From: Candidatus Krumholzibacteriota bacterium
Lineage (GTDB): Bacteria > Krumholzibacteriota > Krumholzibacteriia > Krumholzibacteriales > Krumholzibacteriaceae
Assembly (NCBI GenBank): GCA_030667985.1
Contig: DAOUUU010000003.1
Coordinates: 1 to 61,280, forward strand
Length of the DNA stretch: 61,280 nucleotides
Direction: 5' to 3'
The notes under the pieces are model-generated. The model did no database searches and was not told the origin of the DNA. It saw only the letters and a program-made list of their open reading frames with translations. This document shows, piece after piece, positions 7,361-16,922 of the stretch (the stretch's first letter is position 1; every line of letters starts with the position of its first letter). The translations under genes and the position numbers were made by a program.

Positions 7361-10357
7361 CTAATAAGCGACATGGTGTTTTCCAGGTTTCCGTATTCTC
7401 TCTTTGAGCTTCGTATACTCCTCGACTTCGAGATATCCCTCGTCCATCAGGAGTTCGATGAACGCCGCGACGACATTCGGGTCGAACTGCGTTTCCGAAT
7501 GATGGATCAGCTCGTCGACTGCTTCTACCGGGGTCATTCTCTTCCGGTAGGGTCTTTCGCTGATCATCGATACGTAAGCGTCCAGCACCGATAATATCCT
7601 CGAGCCGATCGGTATCTGATCCCCCTTGAGCCCCATCGGGTAGCCGTTACCGTCCATGCGCTCGTGGTGGAACAATATGTTCTGACTCACCAGTTCCACG
7701 AACTCCAGGGGCCGCATGATCGAAGCGCCCTTCTGTGGATGCTTCCGAATCTCCTCCAGCTCGTCGCTTGTGAGATCGAGCGTTTTTCTGAGAATGTGAT
7801 CTCCGACGCACGTCATGCCTACGTCATGCACGCTCGAGACATACTGTATGACCTGTATCTCTTTCTCGCTAAGGTTCAGCTTCCGGGCGACGTTGACAGA
7901 CCACTTAACGAGCTTTTTGATCAAGCCGTTAGTATCGTTCTCGTGCGCCGCGAGAAGCGACGTGAGGGATTGTATCGTCTCTTTGAGGAACGCATGAGAG
8001 TCCTCGGCCGTCCGCATGCGCTCGATGACCTTCGACAGTCTCTCGCTCACACTGATGAGCAGTGCCAGGTCGTCCTTGTTGAAGGGTTGGCCGTTCGTCT
8101 TGTTGTTCACGTTGATGACGCCTATAACGGTCGTTCCTATCTTGAGCGGCACGCTGATGAGGGATTTCGTCTCGTACTGCGGCTTGTTCGGCTGGCCTTT
8201 GATCTTGTTCTTCTCGACATCCTCGACGAGAAGCGGCTCCCCCGATTCAACCACCTTTCCGGCGATTCCCCCTCCGAGGGGCACACGCACATTCTCCACA
8301 ACCTCTTCACCGAGCCCGTAGGCCACCTTGATGAAGAGTTCCTTCTTTTCCTGATCGAGGAGCATCATCGAAACCATTTTCACCGAAAGCAGCTCGGCTA
8401 TGACCTTGACCGCAAGCTGGAACATCTCCTGGATCTCCTCGCGAGCCTCCATTGAATTGAATATGTATCCGAGCAAATCGTTGAAGTGATGTTCTTTCGG
8501 CAGCGTAAATGTAAAAACACTTCCTTCGCCGACGACACTCTTTACATTGATGTATCCTCCGTGCTGCTCGATAATATTCTTGACGATCGCGAGTCCGAGA
8601 CCAACACCTTCTCCCTTGCTCCCCGAAACCTGATAAAACTGTTTGAAGATATTCTTCAGATCCTCCTCCGGAATCCCGACTCCCTCATCTCTAATCGTGA
8701 CCTTGACCGATACAGAGTCTTCGACGGCCTCAATAAAGACTTTGGATCCTTCATTTGAGAATTTGATTGCATTGCTGATCAGATTGATGAAGACCTGCCT
8801 GATGAGATCGTCGTCGCCGTCGATCATAGGAAGATCCTCAGCGTGATCTATGACGAGCTCCAGGCGCTTGTCGAGCAGATAGAGCTGCATTGCGTATTCG
8901 ACCTCGTTGATCAACGTCTTGAGATCGAAGATTTTCCGTTTCAGAGAACGCTGGCCGAATTCTATCTTCGAGATGTCGAGGACCTTGTTGACCATACGGA
9001 TCAGCCGATCGGTCTCCCTCGATATGACCTCGAGAAACTCGTCGCTTTCCTCGAATGTCGGATCGAGTATGTGATCCTTCAACGATTCCACATAGGCCTT
9101 GATCGAGGTGAGCGGCGTCTTCAGTTCGTGGGAAAGGTTAGAGATATAGCTCATCTTCAGGCTGTTGGCGTTCTGCAGGCCCTCGTTTTCCCTTTCGAGC
9201 CTGTTGAGGCGGCCGCTCATCACTTCATAGAGCTTGCTCTTTTCGATCGCAGTCGCGATCTGGCTCGACAGGATCGTCATCAACCTTATGTCTTCCTGCG
9301 TGAACGGCTCGAATGACTTGTCGCCGACGAGCATAATGCCGAGCGTATCCTTGCCGGAGAAAATCGGAACGGCTAGCAGGGAACCGAGATCTCTGCCCGA
9401 GACGAGCACCGAGCGTGATGCGGCCCCGTCCCGCGACGCGTCCTCGAGCATGAGCCCGTCCTCATGTTTAAGCACTTTGTGTACGAGGGGGTCCCACTCC
9501 TCATCCTTCGCACCCTTTGGATGCGAGGAGACCCCGTGCTCTCCGAGTTCGATGTGTTTTACGATCTCTTCCTTTTGATTCAGCAGGATGACCGAGGCCC
9601 ACGGCCTCCTCAGCAACAGCGTCATCTCCTTGCAGACCATCTTGAGCAGCGTGTCGAGACTGATCACGGAGTTGATCCCCAGGCTTATGTCATAGAGTCT
9701 CGTGAGTTCTATGATGCGCCTGCGCGAGCTGACGAGCCTGTTCTCGGCGTTCCTGAAATAGATGTTGAAATTCTCGTAGAATGTCGTAAAGAGGTATGTC
9801 ATCAGTCCCATGAAACCGCCCAGTACCAGAATCGTTCCGACGAGATGGTGGAGCTGCGGCGGATAGCCTGTCGACTCCGCGTAGCAACTGAAATGCGGAA
9901 TGATCCCGCGGAGTTCGAGAAGCCCCAGAATGGTCACCATCGACAGCGTAACAGCGGTTACAGTGAGACCCGCCGCCATCGCCGGCAGGAGACGTCCTGC
10001 AAAAAATAGCGGGATCGTCACGAGAAACATAAATGGGCTCTCGGCGGTTCCGGTCAGATAGATAAGGGCGATCACGGTCAGAACATCGATCGTCACCGTG
10101 GCCCATTCCCATATATGCTTTCCACGGAATGAATCCCGTTCATTCCTCGAGGCGATGTTCTCCAGTCCTGTGACGAGCACATTCATGAAGGCGGCCCCGA
10201 GGAACACAGCCGTCACCAGGCTAGTCCTGTAGGTGAACCCGACTATCTCCTTGGCCACGTACACAATACAGAATACTGCGACAAGCTCGACGACCCGTAT
10301 CTGCGAAACGCTCAGTGTCGCCTGGGAGTGCTTTTTTGCCTTTCGAGCGATACTCAT
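7361..10357 (-). CDS. Membrane sensor histidine kinase fused to C-terminal GAF and HD-GYP domain (paralogue of 4193-7357)
   Basis: Multi-TM N-terminus with a PilS-like TGTAESPFMFL motif, then GAF. H-box SHELKTPLTSIKAY. NLISNAIKF, DEGVGIP, GVGLGLAI. Second GAF (IAGKVVESGEP...GVINVNN). VHDVG, HHERMDGNGYPMGL and LDAYVSMISERPYR. Confidence 0.8.
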   Translation of the reverse strand: MSIARKAKKHSQATLSVSQIRVVELVAVFCIVYVAKEIVGFTYRTSLVTAVFLGAAFMNVLVTGLENIASRNERDSFRGKHIWEWATVTIDVLTVIALIYLTGTAESPFMFLVTIPLFFAGRLLPAMAAGLTVTAVTLSMVTILGLLELRGIIPHFSCYAESTGYPPQLHHLVGTILVLGGFMGLMTYLFTTFYENFNIYFRNAENRLVSSRRRIIELTRLYDISLGINSVISLDTLLKMVCKEMTLLLRRPWASVILLNQKEEIVKHIELGEHGVSSHPKGAKDEEWDPLVHKVLKHEDGLMLEDASRDGAASRSVLVSGRDLGSLLAVPIFSGKDTLGIMLVGDKSFEPFTQEDIRLMTILSSQIATAIEKSKLYEVMSGRLNRLERENEGLQNANSLKMSYISNLSHELKTPLTSIKAYVESLKDHILDPTFEESDEFLEVISRETDRLIRMVNKVLDISKIEFGQRSLKRKIFDLKTLINEVEYAMQLYLLDKRLELVIDHAEDLPMIDGDDDLIRQVFINLISNAIKFSNEGSKVFIEAVEDSVSVKVTIRDEGVGIPEEDLKNIFKQFYQVSGSKGEGVGLGLAIVKNIIEQHGGYINVKSVVGEGSVFTFTLPKEHHFNDLLGYIFNSMEAREEIQEMFQLAVKVIAELLSVKMVSMMLLDQEKKELFIKVAYGLGEEVVENVRVPLGGGIAGKVVESGEPLLVEDVEKNKIKGQPNKPQYETKSLISVPLKIGTTVIGVINVNNKTNGQPFNKDDLALLISVSERLSKVIERMRTAEDSHAFLKETIQSLTSLLAAHENDTNGLIKKLVKWSVNVARKLNLSEKEIQVIQYVSSVHDVGMTCVGDHILRKTLDLTSDELEEIRKHPQKGASIMRPLEFVELVSQNILFHHERMDGNGYPMGLKGDQIPIGSRILSVLDAYVSMISERPYRKRMTPVEAVDELIHHSETQFDPNVVAAFIELLMDEGYLEVEEYTKLKERIRKPGKHHVAY

Positions 10358-10367
10358 TTATCAAACC

Positions 10368-11198
10368 CTACCCTATTGTCTCAGGTATCTCGCTGGACCC
10401 GTCGTGTACCGGGACGGTAAAGGTGACCCGCGTCCCCTTTCCAACTTCACTATCTATATTGATCTCCCCGTTCATTATCGTGATGATGCTCCTGACGAGC
10501 GCGAGCCCGAGTCCGAAACCCTCGCGGCCCTCCGCGTTGTCTCCTCTATAAAAGCGGTCGAATACCTTTTTTAATTCCTCTTCCGGCATCCCTTCCCCGC
10601 TGTCTTCAACGCTCACCACGAGGAGCTTTCCTCCCGACCCATGGCGCCTCTCCTCTATCACGGAGATCGAAACATCTACATTCTTCGATGTTCCGCTGTG
10701 TTTCAGGGCATTCGAAACTAGATTCTCTATGACGATCTCCAACCCTCTTTTTCGGAGCGACACAACACCGAGCCCCCGCAGGATGTGGCTCCTGATCCGG
10801 CCCTCCCCGTCTCCCAACCGCTCCCGTATCGCTTCCATCATTTTCAGCAGATCGACTTTTTCCACCGAATAGATCCGCTCGACATTGCCGCCGATTTTCA
10901 GCATCCGTACTGTCGAATCGATCAGCTCATCAAGGCGCGCGACCGCGCTCTTGACCTTATCCAGATAGTGCTGCTTCTTCTCATCGATGCTTCCGTCGAG
11001 TTCGCTCTCGAGCAACTCCATATATCCGCTGATTGCCGTGAGCGGCTTGACATATTCGTGTCCTATCAGCATTCTGGCCGAATCGAAGGCGAGCTTGTAC
11101 CTGTCGACTTCGTGCCGTAACGACTGAAGTTCGTCCTGCGCCTCATGAAGGAACTTGTCCAACTTCAGGTCATTTTCCGTTGTTGCTATGCTGGCCAA
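10368..11198 (-). CDS. Cytoplasmic histidine kinase (DHp + HATPase only)
   Basis: No TM segments. Atypical H-box GHEYVKPLTAISGY; NLVSNALKHS, DSGEGMP, GFGLGLALV. TTG start preceded by GGAGGTG at 5-nt spacing. Confidence 0.75.
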   Translation of the reverse strand: MASIATTENDLKLDKFLHEAQDELQSLRHEVDRYKLAFDSARMLIGHEYVKPLTAISGYMELLESELDGSIDEKKQHYLDKVKSAVARLDELIDSTVRMLKIGGNVERIYSVEKVDLLKMMEAIRERLGDGEGRIRSHILRGLGVVSLRKRGLEIVIENLVSNALKHSGTSKNVDVSISVIEERRHGSGGKLLVVSVEDSGEGMPEEELKKVFDRFYRGDNAEGREGFGLGLALVRSIITIMNGEINIDSEVGKGTRVTFTVPVHDGSSEIPETIG

Positions 11199-11239
11199 GC
11201 GGGCACCTCCATGCCACGGCCGCTTCGATTACAGAAAGA

Positions 11240-12217
11240 TCATCCGGACTGCTCGTTTTTTTCGACGACCGCTTCGACCTCCGCGTTTCCCTTTCGCCTC
11301 TCCCTGATGACCACACTCCCCACCATACTCTTCCCGAACTTCTTGAGTTCCGACGCGATATCGCTTGCCTGGGCAAAATGTTTGAGCCTGTCCCCCTCGT
11401 CGACGACGACCGCGATCGTCAGGGACATGAGGGGTATCCTCTTGACTTCGCCGACTCGGTTCTTTATCTCGATGTACCCCCGCCTGATGTCGCCCTCACT
11501 CATCAACACGAGCGATCCCTTGTCGAATTCATCGATGACATGCCTTACGATGAACTCGGCTCGGGCAGGGGAGGTTATGATCACGAAATCGTCCCCGCCG
11601 ATATGTCCGACGAAGTCGCTCGATCCGCCCAGCGAATTTACCGACTCGGTTATGATGTCGGCGAGGAAGAGGATCGCCTCGTCTCCCTTCTGGTATCCGT
11701 AGTAATCGTTGTATGCCTTGAAATTATCGATATCCATATAGAGAAACGCGAAGGACTCCTTGTTTTCGATTCGCCGCTGAAGTTCTTTTTCGATAGCCCT
11801 GTTGCCGGCGAATCCGGTGAGGGGGTTGGCGTCCTTCTGGCGCCTGTTCCAATCGAGGACATTCTTGACCCTGAGCAGCAACTCCTCGTTCGAGTAGGGT
11901 TTCACAAGGTAGTCATTCGCCCCGCCGGCAAGCCCTTTGATCTTGTCGACCATGTCGCTCTTGGCGGTGAGCATGATTATGGGAATCTGGGCGGTCTGAA
12001 AATTCCTCCTGATTCGCCTGCAAACCCCGAACCCGTCCATCTTGGGCATCATCAGATCGAGTATGATCAGATCCGGATTTTCGCGGCGAACCATCTGAAG
12101 AGCGACTTCACCGTTTTCCGCGGTGATGACGTAGTACCCGTGTTTTTCGAGCTTGAATTTCAGGATCTTCCGAATGTGCTCTTCATCGTCGACTACGAGT
12201 ATCTTGTAGCTCTGCAT
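11240..12217 (-). CDS. Response regulator with GGDEF-family output domain (signature GGDDF)
   Basis: Receiver motifs KILVVDDEEH...DLIILDLMMPKMDG...LTAK. GGDEF-family core NPLTGFAGNR...DIDNFKAYNDYYGYQKGD...GHIGGDDFVIIT. RBS GGAGAGAG lies 5 nt upstream of the ATG. Confidence 0.8.
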   Translation of the reverse strand: MQSYKILVVDDEEHIRKILKFKLEKHGYYVITAENGEVALQMVRRENPDLIILDLMMPKMDGFGVCRRIRRNFQTAQIPIIMLTAKSDMVDKIKGLAGGANDYLVKPYSNEELLLRVKNVLDWNRRQKDANPLTGFAGNRAIEKELQRRIENKESFAFLYMDIDNFKAYNDYYGYQKGDEAILFLADIITESVNSLGGSSDFVGHIGGDDFVIITSPARAEFIVRHVIDEFDKGSLVLMSEGDIRRGYIEIKNRVGEVKRIPLMSLTIAVVVDEGDRLKHFAQASDIASELKKFGKSMVGSVVIRERRKGNAEVEAVVEKNEQSG

Positions 12218-12302
12218 TCGACTCTCTCCGATTCTTCTCTAAACTTTTACGTAAGGCACCCGACCTCGCGCACTTCCAAATAGCAGTAGTAAAAGGAGAT
12301 TG

Positions 12303-12317
12303 GCAAATAACATGCCA
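12303..12317 (-). promoter_or_regulatory. Candidate sigma-54 (-24/-12) promoter for the 12217-3819 signalling operon
   Basis: The minus strand reads TGGCAT-GTTAT-TTGC, against consensus TGGCAC-N5-TTGC with correct GG/GC spacing. It lies about 85 nt upstream of the REC-GGDEF ATG and is embedded in the palindrome TTGGCA-N7-TGCCAA. Confidence 0.45.
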
Positions 12318-12477
12318 AGCACAATAAGGGCAGAAGGCTGGCTGCGCTCAGGCATCCCCAGAGACATAACATACTATTATTTCAATGGGTTAGTCCTGGG
12401 GCGGCTGGCGAAGAAGGATATGGGCTGGCTTACGATTCTGCAATCGTTCTTGCAGAAATAGATATCGGGCGCGGGCG

Positions 12478-13488
12478 TCATCTCCAGGATGAGAGATTGC
12501 CCCTGGGAAAGGAGTTGAGATCGAGCCCATCCTGATGGCCCATGGAGATGTGATGACAGGCCGCACAGGAGATCATCGCTGCGTTGTCAGTACAGAATCT
12601 AGGCGCCGGCCACGAGAGCGGAATCGATTCCGGGGCAAGACGCTCGGTCATCATCTCCCTGAGCCGCCCATTCGCCGCGACGCCGCCCGCAAGGTAAAAC
12701 CGCTTCGCTCCAAGCCTTCTCGCCGCCATGAGGGATTTCTCTGCTAGTATGTCGCAGATCGCCTCCTGCGCCGAGGCAGCAACATCCCGTACGATGGCCG
12801 GAGTCAGCCGACCCAGCGACTCGACCTTGAGCCGGACCGCCGTCTTGAGTCCAGAGAAGGAGAAATCGCACTTGCCCGATTGCCTCAGGGCCCTGGGAAA
12901 GTCGAAGGCCCCGGGGTCGCCCCCGCCGGCCTCTCGCTCGATGGCCGGTCCGCCGGGATAGGGCAGCCCGAGCAGCTTGCCTATTTTGTCGAAGGCTTCA
13001 CCTGCGGCGTCGTCCCTCGTGCCGCCGAGGAACCTGTAGCGCCCGATCATATCCGCCATGACGAGTTGCGTGTGGCCCCCGGAAACGATGAGGACGAGCG
13101 AGGGCGTCTCGAACCTTCCCTCGAGTGCGTTGGCCAGAACGTGCCCTTCGAGGTGATGGATACCGACGAGCGGCACTCCGCTCCCGTATGCAAGGGCCTT
13201 CGCGAAGGAAAGCCCGACCAGAAGAGAGCCGGTGAGCCCCGGCCCCTGAGTCACTCCTATGCCCCGGAGGTCGCCGAGCTCGACACGCGCCTCCTCCATG
13301 ACCGACTCGTAGATCGGGAGCAGCGTTCTCATGTGGGCGCGGGAAGCTATCTCCGGAACAACGCCGCCGTACCGCTCGTGATCGAGCTGCGCGGCTGTCA
13401 CATCGGCCACTAGCCCCCGCCCGGGCGAGAAGAGTGCGCAGGACGTGTCGTCACAGCTGGTCTCTATGCCGAGGTATAATTCCTCCAT
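12478..13488 (-). CDS. tsaD: tRNA N6-adenosine threonylcarbamoyltransferase TsaD
   Basis: LGIETSCDDTS N-terminus, HxxGH metal motif (HHLEGH), and Kae1/Gcp-like length and layout. Confidence 0.9.
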   Translation of the reverse strand: MEELYLGIETSCDDTSCALFSPGRGLVADVTAAQLDHERYGGVVPEIASRAHMRTLLPIYESVMEEARVELGDLRGIGVTQGPGLTGSLLVGLSFAKALAYGSGVPLVGIHHLEGHVLANALEGRFETPSLVLIVSGGHTQLVMADMIGRYRFLGGTRDDAAGEAFDKIGKLLGLPYPGGPAIEREAGGGDPGAFDFPRALRQSGKCDFSFSGLKTAVRLKVESLGRLTPAIVRDVAASAQEAICDILAEKSLMAARRLGAKRFYLAGGVAANGRLREMMTERLAPESIPLSWPAPRFCTDNAAMISCAACHHISMGHQDGLDLNSFPRGNLSSWR

Positions 13489-13493
13489 CTCTC

Positions 13494-13841
<348 letters not shown>

Positions 13842-13961
13842 TTATGAATCACCGCCCAGCCCGCAGAAAACAGGCGCGGCCAGTTTAATCTGGAACGGCC
13901 ATCTCTGTGGTGATAATGTGCAATCAGTCAATAAACACAGGTAATATGAAGGGTAACTGAA

Positions 13962-16922
13962 ATGGCGGACCCGTTCCAGAAAAAGTTCATGGATGGCTCG
14001 ATCACGAAGATCATAGAACAGCTCCGAGGGTTTCGAGATCACGCCGGGATATTCGCCCGTCTCGGGTTCAGGGACCCCGCGAAGGCCTCCTCCCTCTGGA
14101 ACAGACTCCTGCCGGATGAAAACCAGCCGGACCGGTCCCATATCCGGGCGCTGATCACCGAGCTTGTCTCCTGCCCCGACATGGACATGGCGCTGGTCAA
14201 CCTGAGCCGTTTTGCCGACAGCACGATATCTCCCTCTCATCTGCTCGGCTCCATTTACCTGGAAGGCCCTCTCTGTCACCTGCTGGTCGTCATCCTCTCC
14301 TGCAGCAACTACCTGACCGACATCCTGATCCGCAATCCGGGGTATCTCTCCTGGCTGATCGAGGAGGACACCCTGGAGGGGATAAAATCATACAGCAGTT
14401 ACTCGTGCGAGCTCGAGACCCAGATAGCCGCCTTCACTGATCCGCACCGGCGACTCAACAGCATCAAACGCTACAAGCGGCGGGAAATACTCCGCATCGG
14501 GACGAGAGACCTGCTCGGTCTCGCGCCGGTCGAGGAGATCACCACCGAACTCTCACTGCTCGCCGATGCAATCGTAGAGACGGTGGCGCGGCTCGCTTAT
14601 GCCGAGGAACGGCCGGATGCCGGAGGACCACCGGATGAACATCCCTTCGGCGGGCGGGACCCCTTCCGCCGCTTCTCGATCATCTCGATGGGGAAATTGG
14701 GAGGTTACGAGCTCAACTACTCGTCCGACATCGATCTCCTCTATGTCTGCGGTATAGACGGGAAGGGCGAGGAATACGTCTTCTACACCTCTCTCGCCCG
14801 GCGCATAACAAGCTATCTCGCTTCGCCGACCGAGGAGGGCTCCCTCTACCGTGTCGACCTCCGGCTGCGGCCGGACGGCGAGAACGGCCCTCTGGTCATA
14901 TCTCTGAACAACCACATCGGCTATCTCCAGCTCAGGGCAAGACCATGGGAGAAACAGGCCCTGTTGAAAGCGCGCTTCACGGCGGGCAACACCGATATCG
15001 CGGACGAATTCATCAATAACTGTAACAGTGTCGTATTCGGCCCGATCGGAGGCCTGGAGGATATCTCCGAGATCCATACAATGCGTGATCGGGCGGTCCG
15101 CGGGCTTCCCGGCCGAGAGCGTGAGAGCAACATCAAGCTGATGTGGGGCGGCATCCGGGATATAGAGTTCATAGCCCAGGCGCTTGAGCTGGTGCACGGA
15201 AAGGCGCGCCGAGACGTTCGGTCGAGAAACACGCTCGAGACGCTGGAGAGATGCCACCACTTCGGCTTGCTCGAGGATGAGGTGTGGCGCAGCCTCGGCG
15301 GCAGCTATCGGTTCTTCAGAACCATTGAACACCGCCTTCAACTCATGGAGAACATCCAGACCCATACTGTTCCTGTCGACGAGCTCGATCTCGAGGCCCT
15401 CGGGGCCCGCGTCGCCCACAGCGCCCTGGAGGGGATAGATACTCCTCATTTCAGAACTGAGCTTGGCAAGGCGATCTCGACCGTCCGCGAGCTCTTCGCA
15501 TCTTTTTTCAAGGGAAGCCCATCCGGTGAGATCCCGCTTATTCTTTCGCTGCCGGCCGGCGAGCGCGAGGTCAAGGATGTGCTGAGCCGATACGGTATCG
15601 AAGAGGGGGCACAGGCCCATCGGTTCCTCAGTTCGCTCGTCTACGGCGACTTTCCTAGGCTCGAGAGTCCGGAGACGCTTCACACCGCCGGACGCTCGCT
15701 CCCTGTCATCCTCGAAGAGGTGGGCCGGACGCCCTCTCCAGAGCTCACTCTAAAAAACCTCGTCAGAATCATCAAGGCTACCAGATCGGTGCGCCAGACC
15801 CTCGAGCTGCTCGCCGGTTCGCGTGACCTGCTGAGACTCTTCCTCGTGATCTCCGCCGCCAGCAGCCGCCTGACCGGAGTGATCGACCGCCGAATCGAGC
15901 TGCTCGACGCTCTCGCCGAGGGCCTGCCGCCCGCTCCGGAACCAGAGGGGGAAGAGGCCGGCGATGTCGCCCGCTGGTACGAGGAACAGCTCCTCCACAT
16001 CCACTGCCGTAATCCCTTCCCCGAATCGGGGCTCGAGAGACTCGGCCCTTTGCTCTCAGGCGCGATGGGAACCGTTATAGAGCGCCTCTTCTCGCTGAGC
16101 GGAGGGACCACAGAGCCGTTGGCGATAATCGCGCTCGGCTCGCTGGGAAGCGGAGAATGCCATCTCGGCAGCGACTTCGACCTCGTCGCCGTGGCGGGAG
16201 ATGGATTCGATCCGTCCCGGGCGGCCGAGACGGTACGGCGCATGATCGAGTCTGGCAGGAAAACCCATGCCGCGGCCATCGATCTCCGGCTCAGAGGCGA
16301 GGGCGAGAGCTCCCCGCTCGTCCAGAGCATCGGCTCGTACCGCCGGTATTTAGAGGACCGCGCGGACTTATGGGAACTTCTCGCCTACTCGAAATGCCGT
16401 TTTCTTTGCGGCGACCGTGAAACGGGCGAGGCCTTCGAGAGACTCGTTTACGACCGGGCTCTCGAAGCGCTGTCAACCGGCGATTTCAAAACCGGGCTGC
16501 GCGGAGCCAGAGAGAAACTCGAATCGTTGTCGCGCGGCGCCTGGGATATCAAGCACGCAGCCGGGGGGCTCTACGATATCGCATTCATCGAGGCGCGGCC
16601 TGGCGCTGCGAGGGCGGTATCAGCTGCTGTGAGACTCGACGCTCTAGTCTCAGAAAACCGTCTGAGCGAAGGGGAGGCGGAATCCCTACTTCACGCCCGG
16701 CGGCTCTACTACCTCATCGAGCATGCCGCCGCCCACCATGAACTCGTCTACCCTCCGATTCCCGAGCGCGAGATGTTTTTCGAGGATTACCTTGGACATC
16801 TCCTCGGTCCGATCCTTCCCGGCGAAGGCACGACCCTCGAGCGTCTCGCATCGGTCAAGAGGTCTGTGAGGGATATATTCGACCGGTTTGTGGATGCCGG
16901 CGCGGGTAAAAGCGGTTCTTAA
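13962..16922 (+). CDS. glnE: Bifunctional glutamine synthetase adenylyltransferase/adenylyl-removing enzyme
   Basis: 986 aa with two nucleotidyltransferase cores: GKLGGYELNYSSDIDLLYV and LGSLGSGECHLGSDFDLVAV. Confidence 0.85.
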   Translation: MADPFQKKFMDGSITKIIEQLRGFRDHAGIFARLGFRDPAKASSLWNRLLPDENQPDRSHIRALITELVSCPDMDMALVNLSRFADSTISPSHLLGSIYLEGPLCHLLVVILSCSNYLTDILIRNPGYLSWLIEEDTLEGIKSYSSYSCELETQIAAFTDPHRRLNSIKRYKRREILRIGTRDLLGLAPVEEITTELSLLADAIVETVARLAYAEERPDAGGPPDEHPFGGRDPFRRFSIISMGKLGGYELNYSSDIDLLYVCGIDGKGEEYVFYTSLARRITSYLASPTEEGSLYRVDLRLRPDGENGPLVISLNNHIGYLQLRARPWEKQALLKARFTAGNTDIADEFINNCNSVVFGPIGGLEDISEIHTMRDRAVRGLPGRERESNIKLMWGGIRDIEFIAQALELVHGKARRDVRSRNTLETLERCHHFGLLEDEVWRSLGGSYRFFRTIEHRLQLMENIQTHTVPVDELDLEALGARVAHSALEGIDTPHFRTELGKAISTVRELFASFFKGSPSGEIPLILSLPAGEREVKDVLSRYGIEEGAQAHRFLSSLVYGDFPRLESPETLHTAGRSLPVILEEVGRTPSPELTLKNLVRIIKATRSVRQTLELLAGSRDLLRLFLVISAASSRLTGVIDRRIELLDALAEGLPPAPEPEGEEAGDVARWYEEQLLHIHCRNPFPESGLERLGPLLSGAMGTVIERLFSLSGGTTEPLAIIALGSLGSGECHLGSDFDLVAVAGDGFDPSRAAETVRRMIESGRKTHAAAIDLRLRGEGESSPLVQSIGSYRRYLEDRADLWELLAYSKCRFLCGDRETGEAFERLVYDRALEALSTGDFKTGLRGAREKLESLSRGAWDIKHAAGGLYDIAFIEARPGAARAVSAAVRLDALVSENRLSEGEAESLLHARRLYYLIEHAAAHHELVYPPIPEREMFFEDYLGHLLGPILPGEGTTLERLASVKRSVRDIFDRFVDAGAGKSGS

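Noticed and set aside
12312-12461. 49-codon plus-strand ORF (MPSTIRAEGWLRSGIPRDITYYYFNGLVLGRLAKKDMGWLTILQSFLQK) downstream of an AAGGAG motif in the tsaD/REC-GGDEF spacer.
   Set aside because: The spacing from the AGGAG to the ATG is about 12 nt, which is long. The ORF has no recognisable motif or TM helix, and the ATG lies inside the palindrome that is better explained as a promoter or operator. I have not excluded it; ribosome profiling would decide.
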